DNA of 64,000 nt from Candidatus Latescibacterota bacterium (GTDB lineage: Bacteria; Latescibacterota; UBA2968; GCA-2709665), in the NCBI GenBank assembly GCA_965219455.1, contig OZ244744.1:5312001-5376000 (forward strand), read 5' to 3'. A program made the position numbers and the translations under genes. This document shows positions 49,658 through 58,870 of the stretch, one piece after another. Under the pieces are notes generated by a model. It did no database searches. It had not been told where the DNA came from and saw nothing but the letters and a program-made list of their open reading frames with translations. Within the stretch, counting starts at the first letter, position 1; the number at the start of each line of letters is the position of its first letter.

Positions 49658-49970
49658 AGAAGTCCATCCGGTCTGCGGCCGGCTCTTGTGACCGAATTAC
49701 TGCGTTGCGCTCCCTCCCCGAATCCACCGATTCGGCTCGGTCGTGCGCCTTGTCTTCGGTCACAATGGCAAGTGTTCTGTCCCGGAAATAGATTGCCGAG
49801 ATTCGGCCGCCGAGTCGCCCGGTTGGCAAGGCGCCTGAGCGAGGCGACCTGCGCAAGGTCGACAAGCGATGGAAACGCAGCGAGACGGGATGAATCGGCG
49901 GATGATTGGTGACATATTTCTGGGACGGGACACAACACCTCGCCTGCAGAGCAACTTTTTCAACGGACTG
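49647..49970. mobile_element. MITE of the same family as 19096-19255, carrying a nested second MITE
   Basis: TIRs CAGCCCGTTGAAGAAGT / ACTTTTTCAACGGACTG; internal similarity to the 160-bp element; 324 bp total. Confidence 0.88.
49772..49933. mobile_element. Nested 162-bp MITE (IS630-like ends)
   Basis: TIRs GTGTTCTGTCCCGGAAATA / TATTTCTGGGACGGGACAC flanked by AA on both sides; removing it and one AA restores 160 bp. Confidence 0.8.
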
Positions 49971-49972
49971 TT

Positions 49973-51091
49973 ATGATTCAGCCGACGATTTCCTATCTGA
50001 CGGATATATATTTCGGATTCGGCGCCGCCGGCAATTTGGCAGACCTGCTGTACAGCCTCGGAATTCGCCGGCCACTGCTGGTGACGGACCGGGGCCTGTC
50101 GGATCTGGGCATTGCGAATCTCGTCGGCCTCGACGACGCGCCCGTGTACTGCGGCGTCAGGACCAATCCCTCGGAACAGCAAGTCCTGGACGCGCTGGGC
50201 CTCTACCGGACAGAGAGGTGCGACGGAATGGTCGCGGTGGGAGGCGGTTCGTCCATAGACCTCGCGAAATGCGTTGGAATTCTGGTCCGGCACGAGGAGC
50301 CGCTCGAGTCGTATGCGTTGCGTCGGGGCGGCGCGACGCGGATCACGCGCCGGATTCCTCCCGTTGTGGCCGTGCCGACCACGGCTGGCAGCGGAAGTGA
50401 GGTGGGGAGAGCCGCACTGGTGACGTTGTGTTCCGGCGACAAGGTGGGTTTCCTGAGCCCCTTTCTGACACCCGCGGCCGCGGTTTGCGACCCGGATTTG
50501 ACGCTGACGATGTCGCCTTCTCTGAGTGCCGGTACGGGGATGGACGCTATTTCGCACTGCGTGGAGACCTTCTGCAGCACGCGCTGCAACCCTGTCGCGG
50601 ATGCGATCGCGCTCGACGGACTGGAACGCGGCTGTCGTCACATTTCCACCGTATTTCGGGATGGGACCGACAGGGGGGCGAGGAAGGGGATGATGATGTG
50701 CGCGCTGCAGGGCGGCCTGGCGTTTCAGAAAAGTCTGGGTGCCGTGCACAGTTTGAGCCATCCGTTGGGGGCATTGGACAGATCATTGCATCACGGCACG
50801 TTGAACGCCCTGTTTCTTCCTGCCGTATTAAGGTTCAACGCCGATTTTTGTGCGGATAAATTCAACGCAATCGCGCTGCGGCTGGGCCTGAAGAAAGGGT
50901 CCGATGTGCCTGACTTCTTTGATGCACTGAACAGGCATTTGGGGTTGCCGTCTTCTCTATCCGAATTGGGGGTGACTCCGGAAGAACTGGAACCGCTCGC
51001 GGCGAAGGCTGCGGCGGACCATTGCAGCCCGACAAACCCGAGGCCGTTGGATGAAGCCGCGTGCCGGAATCTGTATCTGTCCGTCCTATAA
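49973..51091 (+). CDS. Iron-containing alcohol dehydrogenase
   Basis: GGGSSID, PTTAGSGSE, GMDAISHCVE, HSLSH, HHG. Confidence 0.93.
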   Translation: MIQPTISYLTDIYFGFGAAGNLADLLYSLGIRRPLLVTDRGLSDLGIANLVGLDDAPVYCGVRTNPSEQQVLDALGLYRTERCDGMVAVGGGSSIDLAKCVGILVRHEEPLESYALRRGGATRITRRIPPVVAVPTTAGSGSEVGRAALVTLCSGDKVGFLSPFLTPAAAVCDPDLTLTMSPSLSAGTGMDAISHCVETFCSTRCNPVADAIALDGLERGCRHISTVFRDGTDRGARKGMMMCALQGGLAFQKSLGAVHSLSHPLGALDRSLHHGTLNALFLPAVLRFNADFCADKFNAIALRLGLKKGSDVPDFFDALNRHLGLPSSLSELGVTPEELEPLAAKAAADHCSPTNPRPLDEAACRNLYLSVL

Positions 51092-51101
51092 AGGGGGCCT
51101 T

Positions 51102-51953
51102 ATGGCAAACTTCACGCAGGTAGATGAAGCCGATCTGAAGGAGGCGTTCAATCGTGACGGTTATGTGATAATGAAGACGTTTCTGGCGCCTGCCGTGATT
51201 GAAGGTGTTCGGGAGGAACTGAACGTCCTGGTTGACCGCGAAGCGGAGCGTTTAGGGGCCGCGGGCCGAATAACGGACGATTTCAATGATGCGCCGTTCG
51301 AAACGCGCATCGCACGGCTGTTCGAACACTGTATGGACATGGCGCCAACGTCATTTCGGCCCCAGTTGCACGGACCCGGGCTATTCGATCTTTTCTTTCA
51401 CTCGCGCCTTCTGGACATCGTACAATTGCTCCTCGGCCCAGAGATCAGGTTGTATCCGAATTACACGGCACGCCCGAAGTTCCCGGAGTGGAAGGGAACG
51501 CTGGTTCTGTGGCATCAGGACGGGGGATATACGGCACAGGCCGCCGAAGGTGTGGAAGAACTTAAGATGGTAAACGTTTGGGCGCCCCTTGTGCCCGCCA
51601 GAGAGAAGAACGGCTGTATGCAGTTCGTGCCGGGCACGCACAAACTGGGGGTCGTACCGCACGAAAAGCGCGAGTATTACCTGGAGATTGCAAAAGAGGC
51701 GTTGGATTTGCGCCTGGGACAGGCGGTTTCTATCGAAGTGGATCCTGGCGACGTGGTCCTGTTTCATAACCTGATGTTTCACTGTGGACTGCCCAACAGG
51801 ACCCGCACGGTGCGCTGGAGCATGGACTGGAGGTACCAGGACGCGACTCAACCGACGATGCGGCCGCACAAGGGGCATCTGGCCAGGAGCAGGGAGGCGC
51901 CGGAGAACGTCGTCAGAAGCCGGAAGGATTGGGCGGATCGTAAATTTCAATAG
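51102..51953 (+). CDS. Phytanoyl-CoA dioxygenase (PhyH) family protein
   Basis: WHQD, NGCMQFVPGTH, GDVVLFH...FH. Confidence 0.9.
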   Translation: MANFTQVDEADLKEAFNRDGYVIMKTFLAPAVIEGVREELNVLVDREAERLGAAGRITDDFNDAPFETRIARLFEHCMDMAPTSFRPQLHGPGLFDLFFHSRLLDIVQLLLGPEIRLYPNYTARPKFPEWKGTLVLWHQDGGYTAQAAEGVEELKMVNVWAPLVPAREKNGCMQFVPGTHKLGVVPHEKREYYLEIAKEALDLRLGQAVSIEVDPGDVVLFHNLMFHCGLPNRTRTVRWSMDWRYQDATQPTMRPHKGHLARSREAPENVVRSRKDWADRKFQ

Positions 51954-52084
51954 GCCGTCCCGGCGAACCCGCGAACGCATTTCACGGTCATCGGATTGAA
52001 CCGGCTATCAATGAGAAAATCGGCTGGCGGGCATAAATTCAAGTACTGGATACGGACGGGTCAGGGGTCGTGACATGCCGATAT

Positions 52085-52900
52085 CTAAAGGCCCCATAAG
52101 GCGTCATACAAAGACAGAGCGAAGCCGGCTCCGGTGATCAGGAGAAGGATCAGGGCGACCACAACGGTGAGGCGGCCTTCGCGCCAGCGCGCATTCGAGA
52201 CGAGCAGCCGCGAGGCGATCCATCCCCCTCCGAATCCGCCGAAGTGAGCCCAATTGTTGACGCCTTGTACGAGAAAGCCAAAAATAAAAAGCATGATGGC
52301 CCACTGCCAAACCTGACGGGTCATCAGTGTGGCAAGGTTGGTCTTCTGGCTTCGACCATAGACGATGAGGGCGGCCAGAAGTCCGAAAATCGAGCCGGAG
52401 GCGCCAAGGGTCGGGTAGCCGGATACGGCATTGGAGAGGAGAAAACCAACAACGCCGCCAGTGGTAAAGATGATAAAATATCGTGTCGGTCCGTACAGCT
52501 TGCCGACTTCGGGACCCAGTTGCCGGATCCACAGCACATTGAATAGTATATGGAACAACCCTCCGTGCAGGTAAATGGCCGTGAAAAGGGTCCACCACGG
52601 GGCGTTGCCGTATGTCAATCCCAGGGCGATCATCGGAAAACGACCGGGTGAGAGCATGTTGAAGAAGCCGCCCGTCAGTGTCAGAGCCGCATCCAGGTCC
52701 AGGAGCAGACTGAGTACATAAAGGGTGACACACGCCGTGGGTATTAACGTAAGAACGTCAATTTTCGATCCAAAAAGCCGATTCAGCGCGGGGCCGAGCC
52801 CCCAGAGACCCGGACGGTGGGCGCCACAGTACGGACATTTTTTTTCTTCCGTGCTAATGAGGTTGCGGCAGTCAGGACAGACCATCGAGGCATTAGGCAT
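52085..52900 (-). CDS. Rhomboid family intramembrane serine protease with N-terminal zinc ribbon
   Basis: CPDC/CPYC, HGGLFHILFN, GASG, AHFGG. Confidence 0.93.
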   Translation of the reverse strand: MPNASMVCPDCRNLISTEEKKCPYCGAHRPGLWGLGPALNRLFGSKIDVLTLIPTACVTLYVLSLLLDLDAALTLTGGFFNMLSPGRFPMIALGLTYGNAPWWTLFTAIYLHGGLFHILFNVLWIRQLGPEVGKLYGPTRYFIIFTTGGVVGFLLSNAVSGYPTLGASGSIFGLLAALIVYGRSQKTNLATLMTRQVWQWAIMLFIFGFLVQGVNNWAHFGGFGGGWIASRLLVSNARWREGRLTVVVALILLLITGAGFALSLYDALWGL

Positions 52901-53064
52901 AACGACCCTCGGCTTTTATTGTCATCCATAAGTTTCACTATCGGCACGCGGCCTGAAGATATTCAGACCCTTTGCCACGTTCAGGCGTTTCATGCCGATA
53001 CCGCCGACATCGGCCTTCGGGTGAGTCGGTTCCGGCAAAATGATCGGGCGCAGACGGTTATCGA

Positions 53065-54246
53065 TCAGGTTCCCCCGGGCGGCGTACCGGAAGCGCCGCG
53101 ATTGGTGGGACGATTGTGCGCCCGATGCTCAAAAATCAGCGAGAGCCCCGCCAGAACCCGCTCCATTTCTGATTCCGAGGTGTTTCCCATCGCGGCTATC
53201 CGGATGGCGGTATCCCGCATCGGGCCGTAACCCGATGCGATCTGGACGTTCAGCAGTTGCTTCGCCGCATGGACAAATTCCGACGCCGGGACGGAATCGG
53301 GCATCAGGATGGTGGTGACCGTGGGGCTGTAAAATCCCGGTTGTGCGAGCAGATCCAGACCGTGTTTTTCTGCCCAATCCCGCTGCATTCGCGCGAGGAT
53401 TCGGTGCCGCTCAAAGCGGGCTTCTCCTTCGTCCAGCATCTCCTCGAGGCGGGCGATCAGACACCGCATCATAAGGTCGGATACGGTCACTGGCGTCTGT
53501 GCGGCTTCGGCGCGGGAGTGCCATTCCATCAGGTCCAGCACGTATCCACGTCGCGTGACGCTCGTTGCGGCCTGGAGCGCGCGTTCTGAGACGATCATCA
53601 CCGAACCGATGGCGGGAATCGCGAAGTCCTTCTGGAGGCTCCAAAGATAGTAGTCCGGTCGCAGCAAGCCAATGTCGAGTTCAACCGCCCCGGCGATACT
53701 TACCCCGTCAATGGCGATCAACGTCTCCGGTGCGCAGCGATGCGCATCCTCGCAAAGGGTGTCGACGGGTAGCATAGCCCCGGTAGCGGTTTCGTTGTGT
53801 GTCAGCAGCGCGATGTCGTATCCACCTTGCAATGCGCTCCGCCATGTATCGGACTCGATACCATGTCCCCAGGGCACTTTCAGAACGTCGATCGAGCGGC
53901 CAAGCCGCTTGAATACACCTGCCCACCGGGCGGAGAAAGCCCCCATATCGAGGCCCAGGGCGCGATAGCAGGATGGTGTGTTGACGGCGATCATTTCCCA
54001 ATTGTAGCTGGCGGAGTGTCCAAAGATGAGTGGCGTGAATTCTTCTGAAATGCGGAATGCCTCGCGCAGGAGGGCCACCGCCCGCGCGTATAGGGTTTTG
54101 AAGTCGGCCGAACGGTGGGAATACGTTGCCCGGTAGGTCCTGATTACCCGTTCGACAGCCGGCGTGAGCGCGTGTGGTCCTGGGGTCCAAAGGGCAATAC
54201 CCGGCAGGCGAAGGTGCTTGAATTCGTCGTGCCGTTCAGAATCCAT
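53065..54246 (-). CDS. Class V PLP-dependent aminotransferase (serine-pyruvate/alanine-glyoxylate-like)
   Basis: TPGP, HNETATG, DGVS, SLQK, IRIAAMG. Confidence 0.9.
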   Translation of the reverse strand: MDSERHDEFKHLRLPGIALWTPGPHALTPAVERVIRTYRATYSHRSADFKTLYARAVALLREAFRISEEFTPLIFGHSASYNWEMIAVNTPSCYRALGLDMGAFSARWAGVFKRLGRSIDVLKVPWGHGIESDTWRSALQGGYDIALLTHNETATGAMLPVDTLCEDAHRCAPETLIAIDGVSIAGAVELDIGLLRPDYYLWSLQKDFAIPAIGSVMIVSERALQAATSVTRRGYVLDLMEWHSRAEAAQTPVTVSDLMMRCLIARLEEMLDEGEARFERHRILARMQRDWAEKHGLDLLAQPGFYSPTVTTILMPDSVPASEFVHAAKQLLNVQIASGYGPMRDTAIRIAAMGNTSESEMERVLAGLSLIFEHRAHNRPTNRGASGTPPGGT

Positions 54247-54307
54247 GCGAGCGCCTCAGGGAACGTATCCCACGGGTAAAGGGGTGGACCGGATAAATAA
54301 TAAGAGC

Positions 54308-54335
54308 GCCCGTTAAACATGCAGGTTTAACGGGC
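54308..54335. terminator. Hairpin downstream of tRNA-Gly (terminator or processing stem)
   Basis: GCCCGTTAAAC-ATGCAG-GTTTAACGGGC perfect 11-bp stem. Confidence 0.55.
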
Positions 54336-54351
54336 TTTCGCGTGCAGTAAA

Positions 54352-54427
54352 TGGAGCGGGAAACGGGACTCGAACCCGCGACCCCAACCTTGGCAAGGTT
54401 GTGCTCTACCAGCTGAGCTATTCCCGC
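54352..54427 (-). tRNA. tRNA-Gly(GCC)
   Basis: GCGGGAATAGCTCAG...CTTGCCAAG...GGTTCGAGTCC...CCA. Confidence 0.97.
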
Positions 54428-54655
54428 TCCCAATCGCTTGCAATATCAGGCGGAATGGAAAACTAAGTAATGGCCAGCATGATGTCAAGGCATAATACAT
54501 ATTCTTTGCCCCAACGGGAACGCGGATTCACCCGGGGCCAACTTCCCGGACAAGTATGACGGTGTTGTTTCCGGACACCGGCGGGCCCAACGTGATTCTC
54601 AGCTGAGGAACACGCGTTTGAGTTGACATTCATGGTTGCGAGACGCATATTTACG

Positions 54656-54775
54656 GTTCCCACGGCAGCCGGGTGTCATCCGTATCCGACCTTTAGCGGG
54701 TCACGACGTCCTGCCGGAATTCAATACCGGAAAGGACAACGCGTGAGACGCCGGGTACCGGCACCGTGTGTGGAC
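54656..54775 (+). ncRNA. Candidate structured RNA (rod-like hairpin with side loop)
   Basis: Promoter TTGACA-17-CATATT (54623-54651); nested stems CACGG/CCGTG, GCCGG/CCGGC, GGTGTC/GACGCC, TCACG/CGTGA, GTCCT/AGGAC, CCGG/CCGG. Confidence 0.45.
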
Positions 54776-54899
54776 ATATACGTGCCCCAGGGAGGCGGAG
54801 ATTTGTGACTCGTGTCGGGTTTTTCTGTCTAACGTGCCGCCAATTCGAGGGATATTCTTAGCGTGGATGCCGTTGGGTGTCTAAATGGAGCGAGGCGGG

Positions 54900-56987
54900 A
54901 TGGTCGAAGATAAATATGTCCTGGCAATCGACATCGGGGGCACCTTCACAGATCTCGTTTATCTGGATTGCCATACGGGTCGGCAGGCGGTTGCCAAGGT
55001 GCCTACGAGTTATCCGGATCCTTCCGAAGCCGTCCTGACCGGGATCAACTTGGTACTGGGTTCCGACAACACCGGGTCCGTTCAACGCGTAATCCACGGC
55101 ACGACGCTGGTGACCAACGCGCTTATCGAGCGAAAAGGCGCACGCACCGGGCTGATCACTACGGCCGGGTTTCGAGATGCGCTGGAAATCGGGCGCGAAG
55201 GCCGGTACGATATTTACGATTTGCGACTGGAGTTGCCCGAACCTCTCGTGGAACGCAGATTGAGATTTGGCGCACCGGAACGGATGAATGTAAGAGGAGA
55301 GGTACTAGAGAGCCTGAATGAGGCTTCAATCCTCGAAGCGTGCCGTATGTTTCTGGATGAAGGGGTCGAGGCAGTTGCAATCTGTTTTCTGCACGCATAC
55401 GCCAATCCGGAACACGAGCGCCGGGCGAAGCAGGTTGTTCAAGAAACGATGCCCGGAGTTCCGATTTCGGTTTCACATCAGGTGTCGCCCGAATTGCGGG
55501 AATACGACCGGACCTCCACCACCGTCGCCAATGCTTACGTGCAACCGCTTGCCCGGCGATATTTGGTAGGATTGTCCAAAGGACTGGAAACAAAAGGGAT
55601 AGCGGCACCGTTGCATATTATGCTATCCAACGGCGGTGTTTGCTCGGCCGAGACGGCCGCGGCCTTTCCGGTTCGTCTTGTGGAATCGGGTCCCAGCGGC
55701 GGCGCGTTGTCCGCCGCCTATTGGGCCGACCGGTCAGACCGCCAGGACGTCCTGGCGTTTGATATGGGCGGCACGACGGCAAAAGCGGTGCTAAGCAGCG
55801 ACGGCGGGTTTCCCATCACGACCGAATCCGAGGTGGCGCGTGTCTATCGTTTCAAGCGCGGCAGCGGATTGCCGCTGCTGGTACCGGTACTGGACATGAT
55901 TGAAATTGGCGCAGGTGGCGGCAGTATCGCACATCTGAACGAGTTGGGGCTGCCCACGGTTGGCCCCGAAAGCGCGGGATCGGTTCCCGGCCCCGCCTGT
56001 TACGCACACGGCGGCGAGGAGCCGACCGTGACGGATGCCGACCTGATACTGGGAATGCTGAATCCCGACTATTTCCTCGGTGGAAAGATGGCGCTGGACT
56101 TGCGCCGTGCACGGTGCGCCGTTCATCGGTTCGCCACGGGTCTGGGCGTGGACGTGCACCGTATGGCGTGGGGTATACACAGGATGGTTAATGAGAATAT
56201 GGCGAATGCCGCTCGGGTTCATGCGGCCGAGCGCGGAATCGATGTCCGGGGATATACGATGGTGGCGACCGGAGGCGCGGGTCCCGTTCATGCCTGTGGC
56301 GTGGCTGAGAGGTTGGGAATCGGTACTGTGATCGTGCCGCCCGCGGCAGGCGTGAGTTCGGCCTTCGGGTTGATGCTTGCGCCGATTTCGTTTGACTTTG
56401 CAAGGAGTTACGTAGCCCGGCTCCAGGCGATGAATTACGAACGGCTGAACGGCATGTTTAATGAGATGGAAACTGAAGGCGAGGACGTGTTGCGAGAGGC
56501 GGGCGTGACCCCGGTTGAGATGCGGATTGAGCGGACTGCGGACATGCGCTACGTGGGACAGGGCCACGAAATTCGAGTTCCAATTTCGGGCGGCAGACTG
56601 AGTCCCGAACGGCTGGATGAGATACGGGAGGAGTTTGACAGGGAATACAAACGCAGATTTACACGCACGTGCGAAGGCGTTGAAATCGAGTCCGTTCACT
56701 GGCGTGTTCGGATGTCCGGACCGAAACCCGATCTCGGCGACCTGGAGACGGCGTCATCAACGGCTGGGGACGCTTGCAAAGGCGTTCGCGAGGTGTTGTT
56801 CAATGCGGAATCCGGTCCGGAACAGACGCCGGTATTCGACCGGTACAGGATAACGGCCGGTTTTCGAGCAACGGGTCCGGCAATCGTGGAAGAGGCCGAG
56901 TCCACGGCCGTCGTACCGCGCGGCTGGGCGATTGCCGCGGAGGCATGTGGCAACTTGCTCCTGACACGCCAGGAGGATTCGAGATGA
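54900..56987 (+). CDS. Hydantoinase A/oxoprolinase family protein
   Basis: IDIGGTFTD, HGTTLVTN, ESGP, DMGGTT. Confidence 0.93.
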   Translation: MVEDKYVLAIDIGGTFTDLVYLDCHTGRQAVAKVPTSYPDPSEAVLTGINLVLGSDNTGSVQRVIHGTTLVTNALIERKGARTGLITTAGFRDALEIGREGRYDIYDLRLELPEPLVERRLRFGAPERMNVRGEVLESLNEASILEACRMFLDEGVEAVAICFLHAYANPEHERRAKQVVQETMPGVPISVSHQVSPELREYDRTSTTVANAYVQPLARRYLVGLSKGLETKGIAAPLHIMLSNGGVCSAETAAAFPVRLVESGPSGGALSAAYWADRSDRQDVLAFDMGGTTAKAVLSSDGGFPITTESEVARVYRFKRGSGLPLLVPVLDMIEIGAGGGSIAHLNELGLPTVGPESAGSVPGPACYAHGGEEPTVTDADLILGMLNPDYFLGGKMALDLRRARCAVHRFATGLGVDVHRMAWGIHRMVNENMANAARVHAAERGIDVRGYTMVATGGAGPVHACGVAERLGIGTVIVPPAAGVSSAFGLMLAPISFDFARSYVARLQAMNYERLNGMFNEMETEGEDVLREAGVTPVEMRIERTADMRYVGQGHEIRVPISGGRLSPERLDEIREEFDREYKRRFTRTCEGVEIESVHWRVRMSGPKPDLGDLETASSTAGDACKGVREVLFNAESGPEQTPVFDRYRITAGFRATGPAIVEEAESTAVVPRGWAIAAEACGNLLLTRQEDSR

Positions 56988-58702
56988 TGCCGGCGGACAA
57001 GCTGGACGCCGTTCTTCTCGAGGTGTTGTGGAACCGGCTCATTTCAATCGTAAACGAACAGGCCGCAGCGTTGGTGCACGCCTCGTTTACAACCGTCGTC
57101 CGGGAGGCCGGCGACCTGTCCGCGGGCATATTCAACCGGGGCGGTGATATGGTTGCACAGGCGGTGACGGGCACTCCGGGCCACATCAATACCATGGCAA
57201 CCTGTGTCCGACATTTCGCGAAAACGCATCCGATAGACAGCCTGAAACCCGGCGACAGCCTGCTCACCAACGATCCTTGGTTGGGATCGGGCCATCTACA
57301 CGACATTACCGTGGTCACTCCCGTTTTTCATCAAGGGAAGGCCGTGGGTTGGTTCGCCAATACATGTCACGCAATGGATATTGGAGGGCGGACGCTTGGC
57401 GCCGATGCACGCGAAGTATTTGAAGAGGGACTCCATATTCCGATCATGTTCCTGTTCCGAGAGGGCAGGGTCAATCGCGATCTGATGGAAATCATCCGCA
57501 CCAATGTCCGCACCCCGGATGCCGTGGTGGGCGACCTTTATGCGCAGCAGGCGGGCAACGACGTGGGTGCCGCCAAGCTGTCTGAAATGATGGTGGAATA
57601 CGAAATGGAGGACATTGAGTCCCTCGCCGCGTTGATTCTGGATCGTTCAGAAGCCGCCGCACGGGATGCGATCGCGGAAATTCCGAATGGTACGTATAAG
57701 GACGAGGTGGTCATCGACGGGTTCGATCATCCGTTGAAGATCCTGGTTTCCATTCACGTAAGAGATCGGGACCTGGTAGTCGACTACGATGGCACGTCAC
57801 CGCAGGTGGACCGTGGAATCAACGTGGTCTACAACTATACGCACGCATATACAACCTATCCTCTCGCGTGTTCGATCTATCCCTCCGTCCCGAACAACGC
57901 GGGCAGTTTCCGCCCGGTCACGGTGACGGCCACGGAGGGGAGTGTACTGAATGCCAGGTTTCCCTGTGCCGTTGGCGCCCGGCATCTGATCGGGCACTTC
58001 CTCTCCCAGGCGGTATTCGGCGCTTTATCCGGGGCAATTCCCGAACGGGTGCTTGCGGATGGTTCGGCTGGGCTCTGGAACACGCAACTGGAGGGTTATG
58101 AACGGGATGGACGGGTGTTCTCCTATATCTTTTTCTCCGCCGGCGGTATGGGCGCCAGGCCCTCATCAGACGGGCTGTCGGCTACGGCCTTTCCCAGCGG
58201 GATCAAAGGGGTGCCCGCCGAAGCCATCGAAGCGGTTTCACCCGTGTTGATGCTCAAGCGGGAGTTGCGTCCGGATTCCGGCGGCGCAGGCCGGTTCCGA
58301 GGCGGGCTGGGGCAGGAGATGGTGCTGAGAATGGATACCGATTCGGCGGTGCTGCATTCGTGTATGTACGACCGTACCAAAAGCCCGGCGCGCGGTTTTA
58401 TGGGCGGAGCGAGCGGCGCCGTTGGCGAGTTGATCCTTTCCGACGGGTCGCGTCCGCACCCGAAGGGAAAATACGAACTTCAGCCGGGGCAGACGGTAAC
58501 GCTGAGACTGCCCGGCGGAGGTGGTTTCTTCTCTCCGATGGCTCGCGATCCACAGCGGGTGCTGAACGACGTACGGCAAGGACGCGTGTCCGAGGAAGCG
58601 GCCAGGAATGGGTACGGTGTGGTGCTGGACACTCTGAATTGGGAGGTGGACGCGGCCGCCACGGAAGCGGTCAGGGCAGCCTCCACCAGGATGGAAGGGT
58701 AA
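56984..58702 (+). CDS. Hydantoinase B/oxoprolinase family protein
   Basis: NDPWLGSGHLHD, HAMDIGG, LPGGGG; ATGA coupling to the upstream gene. Confidence 0.93.
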   Translation: MMPADKLDAVLLEVLWNRLISIVNEQAAALVHASFTTVVREAGDLSAGIFNRGGDMVAQAVTGTPGHINTMATCVRHFAKTHPIDSLKPGDSLLTNDPWLGSGHLHDITVVTPVFHQGKAVGWFANTCHAMDIGGRTLGADAREVFEEGLHIPIMFLFREGRVNRDLMEIIRTNVRTPDAVVGDLYAQQAGNDVGAAKLSEMMVEYEMEDIESLAALILDRSEAAARDAIAEIPNGTYKDEVVIDGFDHPLKILVSIHVRDRDLVVDYDGTSPQVDRGINVVYNYTHAYTTYPLACSIYPSVPNNAGSFRPVTVTATEGSVLNARFPCAVGARHLIGHFLSQAVFGALSGAIPERVLADGSAGLWNTQLEGYERDGRVFSYIFFSAGGMGARPSSDGLSATAFPSGIKGVPAEAIEAVSPVLMLKRELRPDSGGAGRFRGGLGQEMVLRMDTDSAVLHSCMYDRTKSPARGFMGGASGAVGELILSDGSRPHPKGKYELQPGQTVTLRLPGGGGFFSPMARDPQRVLNDVRQGRVSEEAARNGYGVVLDTLNWEVDAAATEAVRAASTRMEG

Positions 58703-58870
58703 GTTGGATCCGCATCGCTTATCGCCGGATTGCCGCGCCGGGTGTATAGGGTGCGGCGGCGCCTATCCGCCAGGGCGGCCTGCGTTTCGAGATATCGGAT
58801 CGCATTGAATCGGAACTTGAATTTAGATTTGAAACTAACTGAATAGCAGCAATCTCCACAGGAAGTACCA

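Noticed and set aside
54236-54433. 65-aa ORF
   Set aside because: Translation of tRNA-Gly.
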